Positions 1-1,229 of a stretch of DNA of 1,229 nt are shown one piece after another. This DNA is from Naegleria gruberi (Eukaryota): assembly GCA_000004985.1 (NCBI GenBank), contig GG739489.1; one strand, 5' to 3'. The position numbers and the translations under genes were made by a program. The notes under the pieces are model-generated. The model saw only the letters and a list, made by a program, of their open reading frames with translations, was not told where the DNA came from and searched no databases. Position 1 is the first letter of the stretch. Every line of letters starts with the position of its first letter.

Positions 1-60
1 TTTTGTGTTGATTTAGTTGATTTTGTTTTTTTGTTATATGTAAAATCAGAGGATGCTTCT
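1..60. promoter_or_regulatory. T-rich tract (ttgatttagttgattttgttttttgtt) that may be a poly(dT) nucleosome-disfavouring element at the far upstream edge
   Basis: Strong T bias on the + strand and a short direct repeat TTGATTT (8..14 and 18..24). The function is inferred only by analogy with yeast promoter poly(dA:dT) tracts. Confidence 0.15.
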
Positions 61-103
61 ACACTGTAAATATGAATGATTGAGCAAGTTCCAAGGTTTG
101 GAT

Positions 104-114
104 TGTTGTAAAAT
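104..114. repeat. TGTTGTAAAAT 11-mer, copy 1 (copy 2 at 225..235), each preceded by a CCAA..GG motif
   Basis: Exact 11-bp repeat 121 bp apart. The left flanks (ccaaggtttggat / ccaaatgggtat) are also loosely similar, suggesting a larger degenerate repeat unit in the upstream region. Confidence 0.3.
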
Positions 115-167
115 ATTGAGGGTTCATTCCTCATAAACGTTCTATTAAGGTGGGCATGTTAAACTTT

Positions 168-175
168 TATAAATA
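168..175 (+). promoter_or_regulatory. Second TATA-like element (TATAAATA), farther upstream
   Basis: Matches the TATA consensus but lies ~390 bp from the ATG and upstream of the repeated elements. It could be an alternative or irrelevant site. Confidence 0.15.
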
Positions 176-200
176 ACTACAAATTAGAAAAATAGCTCAA

Positions 201-223
201 TTTCTGAAAATCACCAAATGGGT
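201..223. promoter_or_regulatory. Copy 1 of a duplicated 23-bp promoter element TTTCTGAAAATCACCAAATGGGT; core ACCAAATGGGT (213..223) is an imperfect ACC-N5-GGT palindrome
   Basis: Seen in sequence: 20 of 23 positions are identical to 261..283, and the two copies start exactly 60 bp apart. The core resembles an 11-bp ACC...GGT palindromic site, the same architecture as the yeast Zap1 ZRE ACCTTNAAGGT, although the central bases differ. Confidence 0.4.
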
Positions 224-224
224 A

Positions 225-235
225 TGTTGTAAAAT
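225..235. repeat. TGTTGTAAAAT 11-mer, copy 2, immediately 3' of the copy-1 palindrome element
   Basis: Exact match to 104..114. It lies within a longer ~35-bp unit (201..235) whose first 23 bp are duplicated at 261..283. Confidence 0.3.
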
Positions 236-260
236 GTGCCCCGAAAAAGCTTTGCAAATA

Positions 261-283
261 TTTCTGAATTTCACCAAATTGGT
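261..283. promoter_or_regulatory. Copy 2 of the duplicated element TTTCTGAATTTCACCAAATTGGT; contains the perfect 13-bp palindrome CACCAAATTGGTG (272..284)
   Basis: Seen in sequence: the reverse complement of CACCAAATTGGTG is CACCAATTTGGTG, so 6-bp arms flank a central A/T and the palindrome is perfect. Core ACCAAATTGGT at 273..283. A perfect palindrome of this length in a promoter is typical of a dimeric transcription-factor site. Confidence 0.4.
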
Positions 284-352
284 GTTCAGTTCGCAAGTTC
301 TTCTTAGTTCATTCATTGCCTTAATATCCTTGTATCCAAAACAACAATTTTG

Positions 353-360
353 TATATAAA
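353..360 (+). promoter_or_regulatory. Consensus TATA box (TATATAAA), candidate core promoter of the 565..732 ORF
   Basis: TATATAAA matches TATA(A/T)A(A/T)(A/G) and lies ~205 bp upstream of the ATG. Sequence downstream of it (380..564) is A-rich and G-poor on the + strand, as is typical of yeast 5' leaders. TSS position is not determinable from sequence. Confidence 0.4.
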
Positions 361-494
361 TTTGTAGATATTTTCCAAGTCTCAACAGAAAAATCTTATT
401 TTGAAACTTTCAAAATTAGAGAAATTAGAAGAGAGAAAGGCACAGGAACAGTAAACAACAAGATATTTACAAACCAGAGTCAACTTGATGTTCA

Positions 495-551
495 ATGAAC
501 AATATTGGAAACGTATTTGAGAATGATTGTATAACTGATCAACAGCAATAA
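495..551 (+). other. Possible upstream ORF (18 codons, ATG495..TAA549-551) in the presumed 5' leader, ending 13 nt before the main ATG; a second short uATG at 488
   Basis: Seen in sequence: ATG AAC AAT ATT GGA AAC GTA TTT GAG AAT GAT TGT ATA ACT GAT CAA CAG CAA TAA. It is only relevant if the TSS lies upstream of 488, which cannot be determined here. The uATG contexts are weak (t/c at -3). Confidence 0.15.
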
Positions 552-564
552 TACAATTAAAAAA

Positions 565-732
565 ATGTCTGAACAACCAACTCAACCAGTCCAACCACAA
601 GGTGAAGAACATAAGGAAAAGAGATGTGCCAAGCACGTTCATGGTGAAGAACACAAGCACGAAGGTGAACACGTTCATTGCAGCAAGCACGTTCACGAAC
701 ATGAAGTCAAGCCAGAATCTGATATGGAATAA
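565..732 (+). CDS. Small (55 aa) hydrophilic His/Glu/Lys-rich protein with two Cys and repeated KHVH/EHVH motifs; putative metal-binding small protein; not in the ORF track
   Basis: Seen in sequence: ATG at 565 sits in an A7 tract (559..565) followed by TCT (AAAAAATGTCT), the yeast high-expression initiation context. Open to TAA at 730..732. Codon choice is almost entirely yeast-optimal (GAA x9, CAC/CAT, GGT, AAG, CCA, CAA, AGA, TCT, GTT/GTC), and no CTG codons occur. My translation: MSEQPTQPVQPQGEEHKEKRCAKHVHGEEHKHEGEHVHCSKHVHEHEVKPESDME. Consensus TATA box about 205 bp upstream, A-rich G-poor leader, AATAAA elements just downstream. The antisense ORF 382..702 uses poor codons (GTG, CTT) and is a Phe/Leu-rich mirror artefact. 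Confidence 0.65.
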   Translation: MSEQPTQPVQPQGEEHKEKRCAKHVHGEEHKHEGEHVHCSKHVHEHEVKPESDME

Positions 733-903
733 ATTTCATTACTATTAAGCTTAATAAATCAGTACTTGATCGACTTTCATATTTCCTATTTGTTGTTATC
801 TATCCATCATTAATCTTATTCAAAATAATGATTTGATGAAAGATTAAATAAATCTTTACAGTTCCAAAATCTGTATTTTGTAGATGAGTTACATCAATTA
901 GTT
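733..903. terminator. AT-rich 171-bp convergent intergenic spacer containing 3'-end formation signals for both genes
   Basis: AATAAA at 728..733 (overlapping the stop), 753..758 and 847..852 on the + strand; T-rich and TA-rich runs on both strands; no ORF. Typical of tail-to-tail yeast gene pairs. Exact poly(A) sites are not predictable from sequence. Confidence 0.4.
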
Positions 904-1229
904 TTATTGCTTGGTAACGTTGAAAATCATGTGACCAGTGAGTGCAGTTCCAACACCAGCAAACAATCCAAGTTGTACAGCTTCTGTTGGAGTAGTAGTA
1001 AATTCAAAGAGACCTTCACCTTGAGTCTTAAAGTAGGCATGATTAAATCTGATAGTATCAATGTTACTAGTGCTTGGGTATTTAATCTTGATATTAACAG
1101 GTTCATTAATCTTGAGAGTACCAGTGTTTGGTAAAATCAATTCACCTTTAGCATCATTCCAGTCCTTGAGGAATACTGGTCTATCAATCTTTTCTCCTGT
1201 AACTTCAAATGACAAGAGACATTCAGAAC
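904..1229 (-). CDS. 3' portion (C-terminal 108 codons plus stop) of a larger gene running off the right window edge; C-terminus has a Thr/Pro-rich linker, a ~20-aa hydrophobic segment and a short polar tail (possible membrane anchor or GPI-type signal)
   Basis: Seen in sequence: the minus-strand frame is open from the window edge (1229) to TAA (complement of 906..904). The track's start at 1215 is TTG rendered as M. Codons upstream of it (..S-E-C-L-L-S-F-E-V..) stay in frame with no stop, and the only nearby ATG (1222..1220) is out of frame. Codon usage is yeast-preferred (AGA, CCA, GGT, AAG, TTC, ACC/ACT, GAA). Protein tail: ...EGLFEFTTTPTEAVQLGLFAGVGTALTGHMIFNVTKQ*. The same-locus + ORF 907..1134 is Ser-rich, shorter and TTG-initiated, so it is judged spurious. 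Confidence 0.7.
   Translation of the reverse strand, partial: SECLLSFEVTGEKIDRPVFLKDWNDAKGELILPNTGTLKINEPVNIKIKYPSTSNIDTIRFNHAYFKTQGEGLFEFTTTPTEAVQLGLFAGVGTALTGHMIFNVTKQ

Noticed and set aside
213-223. Rap1-like (ACCCA) match on the reverse strand of copy 1 (ATACCCATTTGG)
   Set aside because: Lacks the required downstream CA(Y)(Y) of the Rap1 consensus RMACCCANNCAYY, and the second copy has no ACCCA at all.
222-227. GTATGT, the canonical yeast 5' splice-site hexamer, in the upstream region
   Set aside because: No TACTAAC branch-point sequence anywhere between it and the ATG at 565, and the hexamer lies inside the repeated promoter element. Treated as coincidence and not as a 5'-UTR intron.
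251-259. TTTGCAAAT resembling a Mac1 copper-response element (TTTGCTCA)
   Set aside because: The core is TTTGCAAA, not TTTGC(T/G)C(A/G). It is a single copy with no supporting second site.
362-371. TTTGTAGAT repeated at 362..370 and 868..876
   Set aside because: A 9-mer recurring once in a ~67% AT kilobase is within chance expectation, and the two copies lie in unrelated contexts (promoter and 3' spacer).
197-385. 62-aa minus-strand ORF (MRLGKYLQIY...)
   Set aside because: Overlaps both palindromic promoter elements and the TATA box. It has an implausible composition and no supporting context, and is most likely a chance ORF in AT-rich DNA.
382-702. 106-aa minus-strand ORF (MFVNVLAAMNVF...)
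   Set aside because: Antisense to the codon-optimised His-rich ORF. It is stop-free only because the sense strand is a GAA/CAC/AAG-rich repeat. The product is Phe/Leu/Trp-rich low-complexity, uses non-preferred codons (GTG, CTT), and runs through the presumed 5' leader and TATA region.
907-1134. 75-aa plus-strand ORF (MLGNVENHVTSECSS...)
   Set aside because: Initiates on TTG, is Ser-rich, and is fully contained in the longer, edge-extending, codon-optimised minus-strand frame. It is the classic shadow ORF of a real gene on the opposite strand.
1-1229. Prokaryotic mobile or defence-system interpretation
   Set aside because: No Shine-Dalgarno sequences and no operon-like packing. The start context and codon usage are eukaryotic and yeast-type, there are TATA and AATAAA signals, and there is a convergent 171-bp AT-rich spacer. 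Nothing resembles CRISPR repeats, IS ends or phage genes.

Overview
This AT-rich window (about one-third GC) reads like a budding-yeast (Saccharomycotina-type) nuclear locus, not a prokaryotic one. It carries two convergent genes. (1) On the + strand at 565..732 there is a 55-codon ORF that the six-frame track does not list, probably because it is under a ~60-aa cutoff. It translates to MSEQPTQPVQPQGEEHKEKRCAKHVHGEEHKHEGEHVHCSKHVHEHEVKPESDME. The start context is the classic yeast high-expression context AAAAAATGTCT, and almost every codon is a yeast-preferred one (GAA, CAA, CCA, GGT, AAG, AGA, TCT, CAC, GTT). The protein is very hydrophilic and rich in His, Glu, Lys and Cys, with repeated KHVH/EHVH motifs. 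It sits downstream of a consensus TATA box and an A-rich, G-poor leader. (2) On the - strand at 904..1229 lies the 3' part of a larger gene. Its reading frame stays open to the window edge, so the 'M' at 1215 in the track is a TTG artefact. The encoded C-terminus has a Thr/Pro linker, an approximately 20-residue hydrophobic segment and a short polar tail. Between the two stop codons is a 171-bp AT-rich tail-to-tail spacer with several AATAAA-type 3'-end signals. The most interesting non-coding signal is in the small ORF's promoter. A 23-bp element, TTTCTGAAWWTCACCAAAT(G/T)GGT, occurs twice exactly 60 bp apart (201..223 and 261..283). Its core is an 11-bp ACC-N5-GGT palindrome, and the second copy is a perfect 13-bp palindrome, CACCAAATTGGTG. 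The length and the ACC/GGT ends match the Zap1 zinc-responsive element ACCTTNAAGGT, though the centre differs. Given the His-rich product, this suggests a metal-regulated (possibly zinc) small protein. I cannot assign a gene name to either CDS from memory. The other three ORFs in the track (197..385 -, 382..702 -, 907..1134 +) are antisense or shadow artefacts.
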